A stretch of 64,000 bases of DNA from an uncultured Oscillospiraceae bacterium (GTDB lineage Bacteria; Bacillota; Clostridia; Oscillospirales; CAG-382): positions 7,866 to 71,865 of the forward strand of contig CAZAJX010000001.1 of NCBI GenBank assembly GCA_964485815.1, given 5' to 3'. The position numbers and the translations under genes were made by a program. The notes under the pieces are model-generated. The model was not told the DNA's origin. It saw nothing but the letters and a program-made list of their open reading frames with translations, and ran no database searches. Positions 9,770-19,356 of the stretch are shown piece after piece (position 1 is the first letter of the stretch; each line of letters begins with the position of its first letter).

Positions 9770-10735
9770 ATGGAAAAAGGTATAAAAAGGACTTTTGGAC
9801 GAATTTTGTACGTTACTGTTATTATCGCAATTACTCTTTTGATCGTTTCCGCAGGCGCGACCAAGTTGATATATGACGCATCCTTTCCCAGATACGAAAA
9901 TAAAGATATTTTACTTGATGAAGAATTAACGTATCTTAACGAAAAGAGAAAAGAATTATTCTTTTTATCCGGTGAATACGAGCTTGCGGGTTATTTATAC
10001 CCCGCAGAAAATGACACAAAAAGCGGATTGGTAGTTTTTGTTCAGGGAATGAACGCCACAACGGAAAACTATCTTTGGCAGATTAAAAGCTTTACGGAAA
10101 GCGGATACGGTGTGTTTATTTTTGATCCCACCGGCTGCGGAAGCAGCGAGGGAAAGAGCAGTATCGGTTTTTCCCGTATATTAGTTGACCTGAACTCGGC
10201 GCTGGATTTTATTTCAGAGGAAGACAATTTCGGGTTTGATAAAATCTTTCTGTTCGGGCATAGCAGAGGCGGCTATGCAGCGTGCTGCGCCGTCCATTAC
10301 GGACACGATATAACCGCAGTAGCTTCGGTTAACGGAATTAACAGCGCGATGGAAGGCGTGATGATGCCTGCCGCAAAGGTTATAGGCAACGTTGCATATA
10401 CAAATTATCCCCTTTTGTGGCTGTATCAAGTGAGTATTTTCGGAACGGAAGCGGTAAATATTTCTGCCGCAGAAACCCTTGCCGAGCACAATATACCCGC
10501 TTTGATAATTCATTCCGCAGAGGATGAAATTGTACCTGCAAACAGATTTTCCATTGTTTCCCACGTTGAAAACACAGAATTCATAACCGAAATACAGGAT
10601 TATAACAGCGAAAATGCGGATTCCCATACCGGAGTTCTGTTTGATACCGACGGAAAAGCAAACCAAGATTTACTAAGTATTATTACTGATTTTTTTGACA
10701 AAGCTGCACAAGCGGCGGAAAACGGTGAAGAATGA
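9770..10735 (+). CDS. alpha/beta hydrolase with N-terminal membrane anchor
   Basis: The ATG at 9770 (MEKGIKRTF) is followed by a TM helix. Nucleophile elbow GHSRGG; HSAEDEIVP acid region. Confidence 0.7.
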   Translation: MEKGIKRTFGRILYVTVIIAITLLIVSAGATKLIYDASFPRYENKDILLDEELTYLNEKRKELFFLSGEYELAGYLYPAENDTKSGLVVFVQGMNATTENYLWQIKSFTESGYGVFIFDPTGCGSSEGKSSIGFSRILVDLNSALDFISEEDNFGFDKIFLFGHSRGGYAACCAVHYGHDITAVASVNGINSAMEGVMMPAAKVIGNVAYTNYPLLWLYQVSIFGTEAVNISAAETLAEHNIPALIIHSAEDEIVPANRFSIVSHVENTEFITEIQDYNSENADSHTGVLFDTDGKANQDLLSIITDFFDKAAQAAENGEE

Positions 10736-11745
10736 AGGAAGTAGTCCTTATACCGGCGTATAAGCCGGATAACGAAATGTGTAACCTTGCGCGTAAGCTT
10801 CAAAACTGCGGTTTTGACGTTTTGATAGTAAATGACGGAAGCGGCGCCGAATACGATAACGTGTTTTTAAAGGCGTCCGCATTCGCAACGGTGATCTGTC
10901 ATAACAAAAACCAAGGTAAAGGCAGAGCGTTAAAAACGGGAATGGAATACATACGGGATAATTTTAAAGAATGTGAATTCTTTATAACTGCAGATGCTGA
11001 CGGTCAGCACAAATGCAAGGATATTATCCGCGTAGGAGAAGCGTTGAAAAACGGCGCAGAATTTGTACTGACTACCCGTCTGCTTAACAGAAAAATCCCC
11101 AAAAGAAGCAAATTCGGAAACGATCTTTCAAGAGTGATATATACACTTTCAACTGGCAGATATTTCAAAGACAATCAATCCGGACTTCGCGGTTTTTCAG
11201 CAGACAACATTGATTGGCTTTTGAAGGTAAAGGGCGAAAAGTACGATTACGAAATGAATATGCTGTACTATGCCTCAAAGCAAGCCATACCGATCACAAC
11301 TCTTGATATAGAAGCGGTTTATATTGACGGTAATAAATCCTCCCATTTTAATCCCGTAAAGGATACCGCAAGGATATACCGTTTGCTGTTAAAATCCGCA
11401 AAAGCTTCTATTATCACAGCTATTCTTGCCGAGATTGCCATATTTATTTGCGGTCTGGTTACCGACGTACCCTATGACAGTCTTTACGTGCTTACCTCGG
11501 GATTTGCGGCGGCGGTTACAGCTTATGTGATCAACAAATTCTTTATCTTCAAAAACGTTGATTATCGTGACGGAGGCAGAAATATGCTGTACACGGTATT
11601 ACGCTATACGCTGTATGCTTTGGGTACTGCCGTGATCACATCATTTTTACCAATTATACCCCTTTTTGTTGCATTTAATATTTGTGCTCTCATAGGATTA
11701 CCTATACGGTATTTCGTCCACAAATATATTCACGATTTTAATTAA
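10732..11745 (+). CDS. family 2 glycosyltransferase fused to a GtrA-like membrane domain
   Basis: 337 aa. GT2 motifs VNDGSG and DADGQH. The C-terminal half has 4 TM helices typical of GtrA. ATGA overlap with the upstream gene. Confidence 0.7.
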   Translation: MKEVVLIPAYKPDNEMCNLARKLQNCGFDVLIVNDGSGAEYDNVFLKASAFATVICHNKNQGKGRALKTGMEYIRDNFKECEFFITADADGQHKCKDIIRVGEALKNGAEFVLTTRLLNRKIPKRSKFGNDLSRVIYTLSTGRYFKDNQSGLRGFSADNIDWLLKVKGEKYDYEMNMLYYASKQAIPITTLDIEAVYIDGNKSSHFNPVKDTARIYRLLLKSAKASIITAILAEIAIFICGLVTDVPYDSLYVLTSGFAAAVTAYVINKFFIFKNVDYRDGGRNMLYTVLRYTLYALGTAVITSFLPIIPLFVAFNICALIGLPIRYFVHKYIHDFN

Positions 11746-12721
11746 GAGATTTTTCCACAGCGGTATCGAATCCGCTTTCGGAAAGGCGCAAAACCTGTTC
11801 AATACACGAAACTGCGGTGCTGCTGTTGGCGGCACCGTGCATTTTTACTACCGTCTTTTTTGTGCCCAAGAAGGTGGCTCCTCCGCGGGAATTGAAATCA
11901 AACGCCGTATTAAGCTGTTTATAAAGAAATTCGGAAGCTTCGGGGAATTTATCTCCCAATATCTTCTTGCTGATTTCTGCGGCAACCTTTCCGGTCGCCT
12001 CGGTATCCTTAAGCACGATATTTCCCGCAAAGCCATCGCATACCAGCACGTCAGCCTTACCCAAAAGCACATCGCTTCCTTCAAGGTTTCCGATAAAATT
12101 AAGACCTGATGCTTCCAAAAGCGAATAGGTTTCCTTGACTACACCGCTCCCCTTTCCTTTTTCCGTACCCGTGGAAAGGAGGGCTACACGGGGAAGCTCG
12201 ATTCCGTACATACTTCTTATAAATGCGCTTCCCATTTTTGCAAATTCAACGAGATCCTTAGGTGTGCAGTCTACGTTTGCTCCGCAATCCACGAGGCAGA
12301 TATAGCTTCCGTCTACAGCAGGAAGAGAAGATGACAACGCAGGGCGTTTAAGACCTTTTTGCAGACCGAGTCTGCAGATAGTTCCTACCAACAATGCACC
12401 TGTATTCCCTGCAGAGATCATACCGTCGCACTCGTTATCTCTGAGATACTCCAACGCAAGTACCATAGAGCTGTTATCGCATCCGCCGAAAACGCTCATC
12501 GGTGATTGTGTGTTGCTGATATATTCCTTTGTTTCCAGAACGGTATAACGGTCTTCGGTTATACCGTTTTCCGCCATAACGCTGTCGATCACGTTTTTCT
12601 CACCGGAAAAGACGCAAAAAAGGTCACTATGCGATTTCATATATTCGGCGGAACCGCAAACAATGGGTAACGCTCCCTTATCTCCGCCCAGAGTATCTAT
12701 TACGATTTTTTTCATATTCAA
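11738..12721 (-). CDS. plsX: phosphate acyltransferase PlsX
   Basis: 327 aa. Full-length PlsX-like sequence (IVIDTLGGDKG..., ISAGNTGAL, GATFLG). Confidence 0.9.
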   Translation of the reverse strand: MNMKKIVIDTLGGDKGALPIVCGSAEYMKSHSDLFCVFSGEKNVIDSVMAENGITEDRYTVLETKEYISNTQSPMSVFGGCDNSSMVLALEYLRDNECDGMISAGNTGALLVGTICRLGLQKGLKRPALSSSLPAVDGSYICLVDCGANVDCTPKDLVEFAKMGSAFIRSMYGIELPRVALLSTGTEKGKGSGVVKETYSLLEASGLNFIGNLEGSDVLLGKADVLVCDGFAGNIVLKDTEATGKVAAEISKKILGDKFPEASEFLYKQLNTAFDFNSRGGATFLGTKKTVVKMHGAANSSTAVSCIEQVLRLSESGFDTAVEKSLN

Positions 12722-12780
12722 AATTTCCTTTATAAGGTGTTACGGGAATGAGCAAACCTCATTCCCGTTAAATTTTTATA

Positions 12781-14406
12781 TTATTCGATTGCGAGAATAA
12801 AGCTGTAAATATCCTGACCGCCTCTTACATATCCGCATTCAATAAGGGGATATTGGCTTTCCAGTATATCTTTAAGCTGAACCAGCTCGGAGTGTGTTAC
12901 GTCCGCACCGTAGAACACGGTGATAACCTGCTTATCGTCGATATTCTCTAATTTCTCAAGCAAGCCCATAACAGCAGACAGCTTATTTTGGCAGGCACAA
13001 AGGATGTTATCGTCATCCAGACCGATATAATCGCCCTTCTTAACTTCAACACCCGAAATACAGGTGTCCCTTGTAGCAACGGTAACGTATCCCGTCGTAA
13101 CGCATTCCATACTGTCGGTCATACTGTCCGCAACCGCTTCCACCGTATCCAAAGAAAGATCCATCATAGAAAGTGCGGAATATCCTTCGGCAATAGAACG
13201 GGAAGGAATTACGGTTACACGGGCGGAATTATACATTTCCGCCGCTTGCTTTGCAGTCAAGAACACGTTGGAATTGTTGGGAAGTACGATTATATTCTCC
13301 GCATTAAGCTTTCTGAACGCTTTAATAAAATCGTCTGCCGAGGGGTTTTGAGTCTGTCCGCCGTCCACAATAGCGGAAACGCCGATTTCGCTGAAATAGG
13401 ACTTAATTCCGTCGCCTGCGGCAACCGCAACAACTGCATATTTTTCCTTTTCACCGTGCTGCTCGGTAGTTTCGCTGTGCTGAACGGACATATTCTCGAT
13501 CTTTATACTAAGCAATTCGCCATAGCGCAGTCCCAGTTCAAGTACCTTATTGGGTTCAAAGGAGTGTATATGTACCTTTACTATATCGCCGTCCCAAACG
13601 GAGACGATAGAATCACCAAGCTTTTCAAGCTGTGATATAAAATCGCCGTGATCAAAAGCGTTTACATCGGTTTTGGAATTAAGTAAAAGAAGTATAAATT
13701 CGGTACAATAGCCGTATTCGAAAACCGAATCCGCATTAAAGGATGCTGTGAGCGAAGGAGCGAACTCCATTTCGGAAACGCTGACGTTATCTATATATTC
13801 GTTGCGTAATGCGGCCTCCATTCCCTCAAATACGCACAAAACGCCTGCGCCGCCGCTATCAACGACGCCTGCTTCCTTAAGCACGGGAAGAAGCTGAGGT
13901 GTGTTTTCCAGAGAACGGCGTGTTTCGGCACAAAGCTCCGCAAAGCATTCCTGAAAAGATGAATACTTTTCGCAATTCGTAAGGATACGCTTGCCGCCGT
14001 CCTTGAGAACGGAAAGCATAGTGCCCTCTACGGGATTAAGCACCGATCTGTATGCGTACTTTACGCCGGAAGAAAAAGCGAGAGCGAAATCGGAAACCTC
14101 CAAAATGCCCTTGTTTTCACATCCAACGGCAAATCCGCGAATAAACTGTGAAAAGATAACTCCCGAATTACCACGCGCCGACATAAGCGTGTTTTTGGAA
14201 AAACCGATCATATAATCAGATGCATTATCGGTTACGGGTGCGGAAAATCCACCCTCAAATGTCTTTGCCATATTGGAACCCGTATCTCCGTCGGGAACGG
14301 GAAATACGTTAAGGTTATTGATTGTATCCGAATTCAGTTTTAAATTCTTAAAGCCGTTTTCCAACAGAAGCCTTAGTTCGCTTCCGTTTAGTAGGTTTGT
14401 CTGCAT
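12781..14406 (-). CDS. fakA: DAK2-domain fatty acid kinase ATP-binding subunit (FakA / YloV family)
   Basis: 541 aa. The N-terminal DhaL/DAK2 motifs LNVFPVPDGDTGSNM, ARGNSGVIFSQ, PVEGTMLSV and EAGVVDSGG closely parallel S. aureus FakA. Confidence 0.85.
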   Translation of the reverse strand: MQTNLLNGSELRLLLENGFKNLKLNSDTINNLNVFPVPDGDTGSNMAKTFEGGFSAPVTDNASDYMIGFSKNTLMSARGNSGVIFSQFIRGFAVGCENKGILEVSDFALAFSSGVKYAYRSVLNPVEGTMLSVLKDGGKRILTNCEKYSSFQECFAELCAETRRSLENTPQLLPVLKEAGVVDSGGAGVLCVFEGMEAALRNEYIDNVSVSEMEFAPSLTASFNADSVFEYGYCTEFILLLLNSKTDVNAFDHGDFISQLEKLGDSIVSVWDGDIVKVHIHSFEPNKVLELGLRYGELLSIKIENMSVQHSETTEQHGEKEKYAVVAVAAGDGIKSYFSEIGVSAIVDGGQTQNPSADDFIKAFRKLNAENIIVLPNNSNVFLTAKQAAEMYNSARVTVIPSRSIAEGYSALSMMDLSLDTVEAVADSMTDSMECVTTGYVTVATRDTCISGVEVKKGDYIGLDDDNILCACQNKLSAVMGLLEKLENIDDKQVITVFYGADVTHSELVQLKDILESQYPLIECGYVRGGQDIYSFILAIE

Positions 14407-14412
14407 TGTAAT

Positions 14413-15303
14413 TTATTCTTTCCCTTCAATAGTTACGGTCTTGCCGTAAACGTATGTAATAAGAGTACCCGGTCCGACGGATGCGCCCACGATCGGTCCG
14501 ATATTTGTAATATAAACATATTTGAATTTACCCAACGCCAGCACTTCGTCGCGAAGCTTTTCGGCTTCCTCCAAAGCATCGCCGTGGGAAATACACAGTA
14601 TACTGTTTTCTATATCTTCGGCGGCGGCGATAGTATCTTTTGCCATTTCTTTGCGGGCATTTACAGCGCCTTTGACCTTTCTGTAGGCAAAGTTATGCCC
14701 CTTCACATCGGAAATAATAAGAGGCTTTACACCGAAAATATTACCGAAAAATGCGCTGGCGGTGGTTACACGGCCTGCTCTGCGCAGGTATTCAAGACTT
14801 TCCACCGTACCGCATTGATTCACCTTAAGACGGTTTTCCTCTATCCAGCAAGCGATCTGATCTATACTTTTTCCTTCATCCCGCATAAGGGCGGCTTTTA
14901 CCAAAAGCATCCCCTGACCCAAAGAGCTGATAAGCGAATCCACGCAGCATATCTTTGCATCGGGAAAGGCTGGCAAAAGCTCGGAGGCTACTACCTGAGC
15001 AAGTCCCACGGAACCGGACAATCCGGACGAGCAGGATATATACAGTATATCCTTCCCCTGCTCCAGCCAATAAGTGAATACGGAAACGAATTCCCCTCGG
15101 GGGACTTGGGTGGTTTTTATATTCACACCGTTACGCATAAGATCGTAGTATTCCTTTGGTGAATATTCCTCCCAATCAAGGGATGCAGAATGCTCGATAC
15201 CGTCGGCAACGAAATTCATCTTAACGTATTCGATATTATATTTACTGCGTACTTCAGACGGGAGATCACAGGTGGAATCACCGATAATAACAAATTCTTT
15301 CAT
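14413..15303 (-). CDS. DegV family fatty-acid-binding protein (FakB-like)
   Basis: 296 aa. DegV pattern (IIGDSTCDLP, TTQV, SSGLSGS). Confidence 0.85.
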   Translation of the reverse strand: MKEFVIIGDSTCDLPSEVRSKYNIEYVKMNFVADGIEHSASLDWEEYSPKEYYDLMRNGVNIKTTQVPRGEFVSVFTYWLEQGKDILYISCSSGLSGSVGLAQVVASELLPAFPDAKICCVDSLISSLGQGMLLVKAALMRDEGKSIDQIACWIEENRLKVNQCGTVESLEYLRRAGRVTTASAFFGNIFGVKPLIISDVKGHNFAYRKVKGAVNARKEMAKDTIAAAEDIENSILCISHGDALEEAEKLRDEVLALGKFKYVYITNIGPIVGASVGPGTLITYVYGKTVTIEGKE

Positions 15304-15324
15304 ACTATAACGCTCTTTTTAAAA

Positions 15325-16257
15325 TTATTTGCCGGCAATTTTCTGCATTAATGCTTTTTCCTCGGCAAGTCCTTCGGAAATAGGCTTTCCGAGATAGAAA
15401 GCGGCGCACAAGCCGGGACCGATAGACGGACCGCAAGCCATACCGACGTGAGTGATAATAACCTCCTTGGGCTTTATCTCGGTACGGATCATCTCAGCCA
15501 ACGTTTCCGCGGCGGCAAGACGGTTTGAATGAGCGACGAAAACTATATTCTCCTCGGGATTAACTATAGTTTCCTTCATATACTTAACGGTAGCGTCAAG
15601 AGCCGTGCGCTTACCTTTGAATTTAACTATAACCTCTGCAAGACCCTTGGAATTGAAATCTGCCATAGGGTTTACGCCTACGAGAGTTCCGAACAACGCC
15701 TTGAAGTTGGAAATTCTGCCCGTCTTTACAAGGAAAAACAGATCGTCCATAGGACCCATCTGATGAACGGAATTACGAATGCTGTTGATATAATCTGCAG
15801 TTTCTTCTATAGTTGCACCCTCCTGACGTTTCTGTCCCGCAAGAACGGTGAGCAACGCCATAGACGTGGAATAACGGAGAGAATCCACGCATATGATCTT
15901 TCTGCCGGGATACTTTTTCATAAGATCATCGGCAATACGCAGGCAAAGGCTGTACGTGCCGGAAAGGGCGGATGAAATGGAGATGCTGAGTATATCCTTC
16001 CCCTGCGCCAGATACTTTTCGTACACCTCGTAGCCTTCCTGCTCGGTAAAGGTGGAGGTTTTATACAGCACGTTTCTGCCGCTCATAGACTTATAGAATT
16101 CCTCAGGAGAAACAATTCCCCAATCTAGATCGGCGTACTCGGTATGTCCGTCAGGAAAATACACCGTGCCGTGGAGGTAATCGGGAATATCGAAACGTTC
16201 TCTCAGTTCTGCGGTGAGATCACAAGCACTATCGGGAATGATAACAAAATCGCTCAT
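15325..16257 (-). CDS. DegV family fatty-acid-binding protein (FakB-like), second paralog
   Basis: The internal ATG at 16257 gives MSDFVIIPDSACDL. DegV pattern throughout. Confidence 0.85.
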   Translation of the reverse strand: MSDFVIIPDSACDLTAELRERFDIPDYLHGTVYFPDGHTEYADLDWGIVSPEEFYKSMSGRNVLYKTSTFTEQEGYEVYEKYLAQGKDILSISISSALSGTYSLCLRIADDLMKKYPGRKIICVDSLRYSTSMALLTVLAGQKRQEGATIEETADYINSIRNSVHQMGPMDDLFFLVKTGRISNFKALFGTLVGVNPMADFNSKGLAEVIVKFKGKRTALDATVKYMKETIVNPEENIVFVAHSNRLAAAETLAEMIRTEIKPKEVIITHVGMACGPSIGPGLCAAFYLGKPISEGLAEEKALMQKIAGK

Positions 16258-16437
16258 TACGTCATATCCTTTCAAAAAATACTCTAACGGAGTGATTATA
16301 ACACAGACACATACTTTTTTCAACAAAAAAACACTTTTTTATTAAAATATATATTGGAAAAACCGAAAAGATATGTTATAATTCATATGCGCTGTTTGGA
16401 AACCAAACATAAAAATGCGTTTACGGAGGAAACAGAT

Positions 16438-17391
16438 TTGCTTTATTTGTATATTGTTCTCGGCGTTATTGCATTAAGCGCTGTAATCGGCGTAGCCGTA
16501 ATGCTGAAAATAACCGTACCGATCTCAAAGCAGGTGTACCAAAATACTTTGGTGCGCAATTCACCCGATAAATGGAAAAGAGAGTGCTCCTGTCCCGAAA
16601 ACGAGGAGCAAATGGAAATGTGGAACACCGGCTGTGCCTGGGCGGAAGAAAACAAAGACCGTATGCGTGAGGTTTCAATAACCAACGACGGACTTAAGCT
16701 TGTGGGTGAGCTGTACGATTTCGGTTCTGACAAATGTGTGATCATTCTTCCCGGCAGATGCGAAAGCCTTATGTATTCTTATTACTACGCCCGCCCCTAC
16801 GGTGAAATGGGTATAAACGTTTTCCTGCCCGACCCCAGAAGCCACGGCAACAGCGAAGGTATATACAGCACGCTGGGTGTTTGCGAAGGTAAAGATACTA
16901 ACGCCTGGGCAAGATATCTCAACGAAAACGAAGGTATTAACGAAGTATATCTCCACGGCGTATGCGTAGGCGCCAGTACCGCAATTTTTGCCGCGGTGGA
17001 CGTAGATATGCCCAAGTGCATAAAAGGTATGGTAAACGAAGGCTGCTACGTTAATTTCTATGAAACCTTCAAGAATCATATGATCGCAGACGGACATCCC
17101 GTGTTCCCCGTATGCGGAATGGTAATGCGTCAGGTAAAAAAGCATACCGGCGTAGATATTATGAAAAAGTGTCCTCTTAATTACGTTGGCAAGGTAAAAA
17201 TACCCGTGCTGTTTATATTCGGTGAAAAGGATATTTACACCGTACCCGAAAAGAGCAAGATATTGTTTGCTGCTTGCGGCAGCGAGGACAAGAAGCTGGT
17301 ATGGTTCCCTAAGGGCGGACACAGCCATCTGCGTATAAACAACACCGCCGAATACGATAATGCGGTAAAAGAATTCATACAGTCACATTAA
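16438..17391 (+). CDS. alpha/beta hydrolase with N-terminal signal-anchor
   Basis: In-frame TTG at 16438 lies 7 nt after GGAGG and gives an N-terminal TM helix (LYLYIVLGVIALSAVIG). Nucleophile-elbow region HGVCVGAS, C-terminal GGHSH. The start choice is uncertain; the ORF opens at 16354. Confidence 0.6.
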   Translation: MLYLYIVLGVIALSAVIGVAVMLKITVPISKQVYQNTLVRNSPDKWKRECSCPENEEQMEMWNTGCAWAEENKDRMREVSITNDGLKLVGELYDFGSDKCVIILPGRCESLMYSYYYARPYGEMGINVFLPDPRSHGNSEGIYSTLGVCEGKDTNAWARYLNENEGINEVYLHGVCVGASTAIFAAVDVDMPKCIKGMVNEGCYVNFYETFKNHMIADGHPVFPVCGMVMRQVKKHTGVDIMKKCPLNYVGKVKIPVLFIFGEKDIYTVPEKSKILFAACGSEDKKLVWFPKGGHSHLRINNTAEYDNAVKEFIQSH

Positions 17392-17398
17392 AACAAAA

Positions 17399-17430
17399 AC
17401 ATCCGATAAATTCAAAATTTATCGGATGTT
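17399..17430. terminator. bidirectional intrinsic terminator
   Basis: ACATCCGATAAA-TTCAAAA-TTTATCGGATGT is flanked by A and T runs and lies between convergent genes. Confidence 0.7.
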
Positions 17431-17435
17431 TATTT

Positions 17436-17810
17436 TTATTTGTTTTTTTGAAAAAAAGGATGCTCTCTGCCAAAAGCACAATCGTAAACGAAATGTTCAC
17501 AGTTGTTTTCAAGGATATTATATCCCGTTTCCCCAAGTCTGCTTTTTGCGCGGGACACGGCTTTCTCGGGCGGGAACCTTTTTTTGCGCTCGCTCTTTTC
17601 GGTAACGCCCGTTTCGCATATCCCTTCGCCGATAAAGGTATAGATATCCGTTGACAGAACGCATATTTCCTCGGGACCTACGCCTGAATTATCGGGATAT
17701 CCGAATTGGATTACGGTGTTATCGTCAACGTATATGCCGTAATGATAATAAAACTTAACCTTTACACGGATAATATCTCCGTATTCAGGCAAAGTGGTTT
17801 TCCAGATCAT
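17436..17810 (-). CDS. LRAT / PLAAT (H-Rev107, NlpC/P60 superfamily) phospholipase-acyltransferase-like protein
   Basis: 124 aa. Has the conserved His context (YHYGIYV) and the catalytic Cys motif NCEHFV typical of LRAT-family enzymes. Confidence 0.7.
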   Translation of the reverse strand: MIWKTTLPEYGDIIRVKVKFYYHYGIYVDDNTVIQFGYPDNSGVGPEEICVLSTDIYTFIGEGICETGVTEKSERKKRFPPEKAVSRAKSRLGETGYNILENNCEHFVYDCAFGREHPFFQKNK

Positions 17811-18046
17811 TTTATTTTTTCTTCCACCTTACGCACAATATCCCCTACGGTCTTAAGTTCGGGAAGATCGGAATTGGTGAATCTTACTCCAAACTCCTGC
17901 TCTATTCCCATCGCCATATACAGCATACCGATAGAGTTCATTCCCAAACCGTCGGAAAGAGTATCGGATTCGGTAATGCGGGAGGAATCGATCTCTCCTT
18001 CAAAAACGTTATCGAATATTTTTTTAAGACGTTCGAGAGTGTTCAT
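17807..18046 (-). CDS. acyl carrier protein (stand-alone)
   Basis: 79 aa, acidic. Phosphopantetheine-attachment-like LGMNSIGMLYM. 4-nt overlap with the downstream gene. Confidence 0.7.
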   Translation of the reverse strand: MNTLERLKKIFDNVFEGEIDSSRITESDTLSDGLGMNSIGMLYMAMGIEQEFGVRFTNSDLPELKTVGDIVRKVEEKIK

Positions 18047-18047
18047 T

Positions 18048-18719
18048 TTATTCTCCTTTCAAAGCTTGCACATATACTTCACGGCAAGCGTTGATCTTTT
18101 CCAAAAGCAATGCGGAAACGTTGTTTATATCTCCCACGGAGGGGAACTTCTTTTTACAATGATCCGCAGGATAAAAAGGATCGCCTACAACGTACAATCT
18201 TTTTCTCATTCCCGCGGACGGTCTTGAGTACACGGGGATTATAGGCGCACCGCTTTGCAAAGCGATAAGAACGGCGCCGGATTTGATATCAGACATACCG
18301 TCCTCTCTTTCAATTCTGCCCTGCGGAAAAATTGCGAGAACGTGGCCGTTTTTTATAACCGAAACCGATTTGCGCACGGCCTCGATATCGGAAATACCGC
18401 GGTCAATTTTAATGCATCCCATAAGCTTTAACAGAAAGGAGAGAATTCCCTTTGACATTACTTCTTCGGAAGCAAGGAAGAAAACTCTTCTGTACCAAAA
18501 ACAGCTTCCCAACAAAAGTGCATCTGAAAATCCGGTATGGTTTGCCGCGATCAAAGCGCCGCCTTTAAAGTTTCGCTTGTACTTCTTTCCATCAAGTCCT
18601 ATGGCGCGCACCTTGAAAAGGCGGACCACAAAATAGTGAAGCCTGCCGTAATCCATAGGCAAAAACTTTGGATTAAACAATGAAAAAAACTTATTTTTTG
18701 CCATTTTCTTTTTCCACAC
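18048..18719 (-). CDS. PlsC/LPLAT-family acyltransferase
   Basis: 223 aa. HX4D motif NHTGFSD, FPQGRIE motif, PIIPV motif. Confidence 0.75.
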   Translation of the reverse strand: MWKKKMAKNKFFSLFNPKFLPMDYGRLHYFVVRLFKVRAIGLDGKKYKRNFKGGALIAANHTGFSDALLLGSCFWYRRVFFLASEEVMSKGILSFLLKLMGCIKIDRGISDIEAVRKSVSVIKNGHVLAIFPQGRIEREDGMSDIKSGAVLIALQSGAPIIPVYSRPSAGMRKRLYVVGDPFYPADHCKKKFPSVGDINNVSALLLEKINACREVYVQALKGE

Positions 18720-19353
18720 GTCTTTTTAATTCTTCACCCAATTCCATTGTCTTGTCCTCCAACAGCTTGGTAAGACGAGTTATCTCCTCGGGAGAAGGAT
18801 TTTCCTCTTTGCAATAATCACGAATATATATCTTTTCGCCGATCATTACTCGGGTGCGGTTCTTGAAGGAATATGCTCCGTCGGTATACATAGGAACTAT
18901 AGGTGCATCGGTACGCAAAGCGATGATCACCACGCTGGGCTTAAAGGGCCAGGGCTTTCCGTCAACGGGAAGGCGGCTTTCGGGAAAAATTCCGATAGTT
19001 CCGCCGTTATCCAGCACTTTTAAGGATTCGGCTATGAAGGAAAGATCTCTCGTATCGCGGTTAACGAAAATTCCGCCGATGGCAAACAGAAACTTTGAGA
19101 ACATTTTTCCCTTGTTAAACATAACCTCCGCAATCAAAAAACGCAGAGTGCGGAAAGGAAATATATTCATATACAGCACAAAATCCATTAAGGACTTGTG
19201 GTTTGACATCAGTATACAAGGCTTGGGAAGCTTTTTACCTTGGGATTCCTTGTTAATATAATACAGCTTGGGACGGAGAAAAATTCTGGTGGGAATAAAG
19301 CCCGTAAGCTGAACGAAAGCGCGTACAAATTGGTTGGGTTTGCCTTGGCGCAT
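18691..19353 (-). CDS. PlsC/LPLAT-family acyltransferase (second)
   Basis: 220 aa. HX4D motif NHKSLMD, FPESRL motif, PIVPM motif. Overlaps the next gene by 29 nt. Confidence 0.75.
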   Translation of the reverse strand: MRQGKPNQFVRAFVQLTGFIPTRIFLRPKLYYINKESQGKKLPKPCILMSNHKSLMDFVLYMNIFPFRTLRFLIAEVMFNKGKMFSKFLFAIGGIFVNRDTRDLSFIAESLKVLDNGGTIGIFPESRLPVDGKPWPFKPSVVIIALRTDAPIVPMYTDGAYSFKNRTRVMIGEKIYIRDYCKEENPSPEEITRLTKLLEDKTMELGEELKRRVEKENGKK

Positions 19354-19356
19354 AGG

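Noticed and set aside
16675-17328. 217-aa minus-strand ORF
   Set aside because: It is antisense to the alpha/beta hydrolase gene 16438..17391. No supporting signals.
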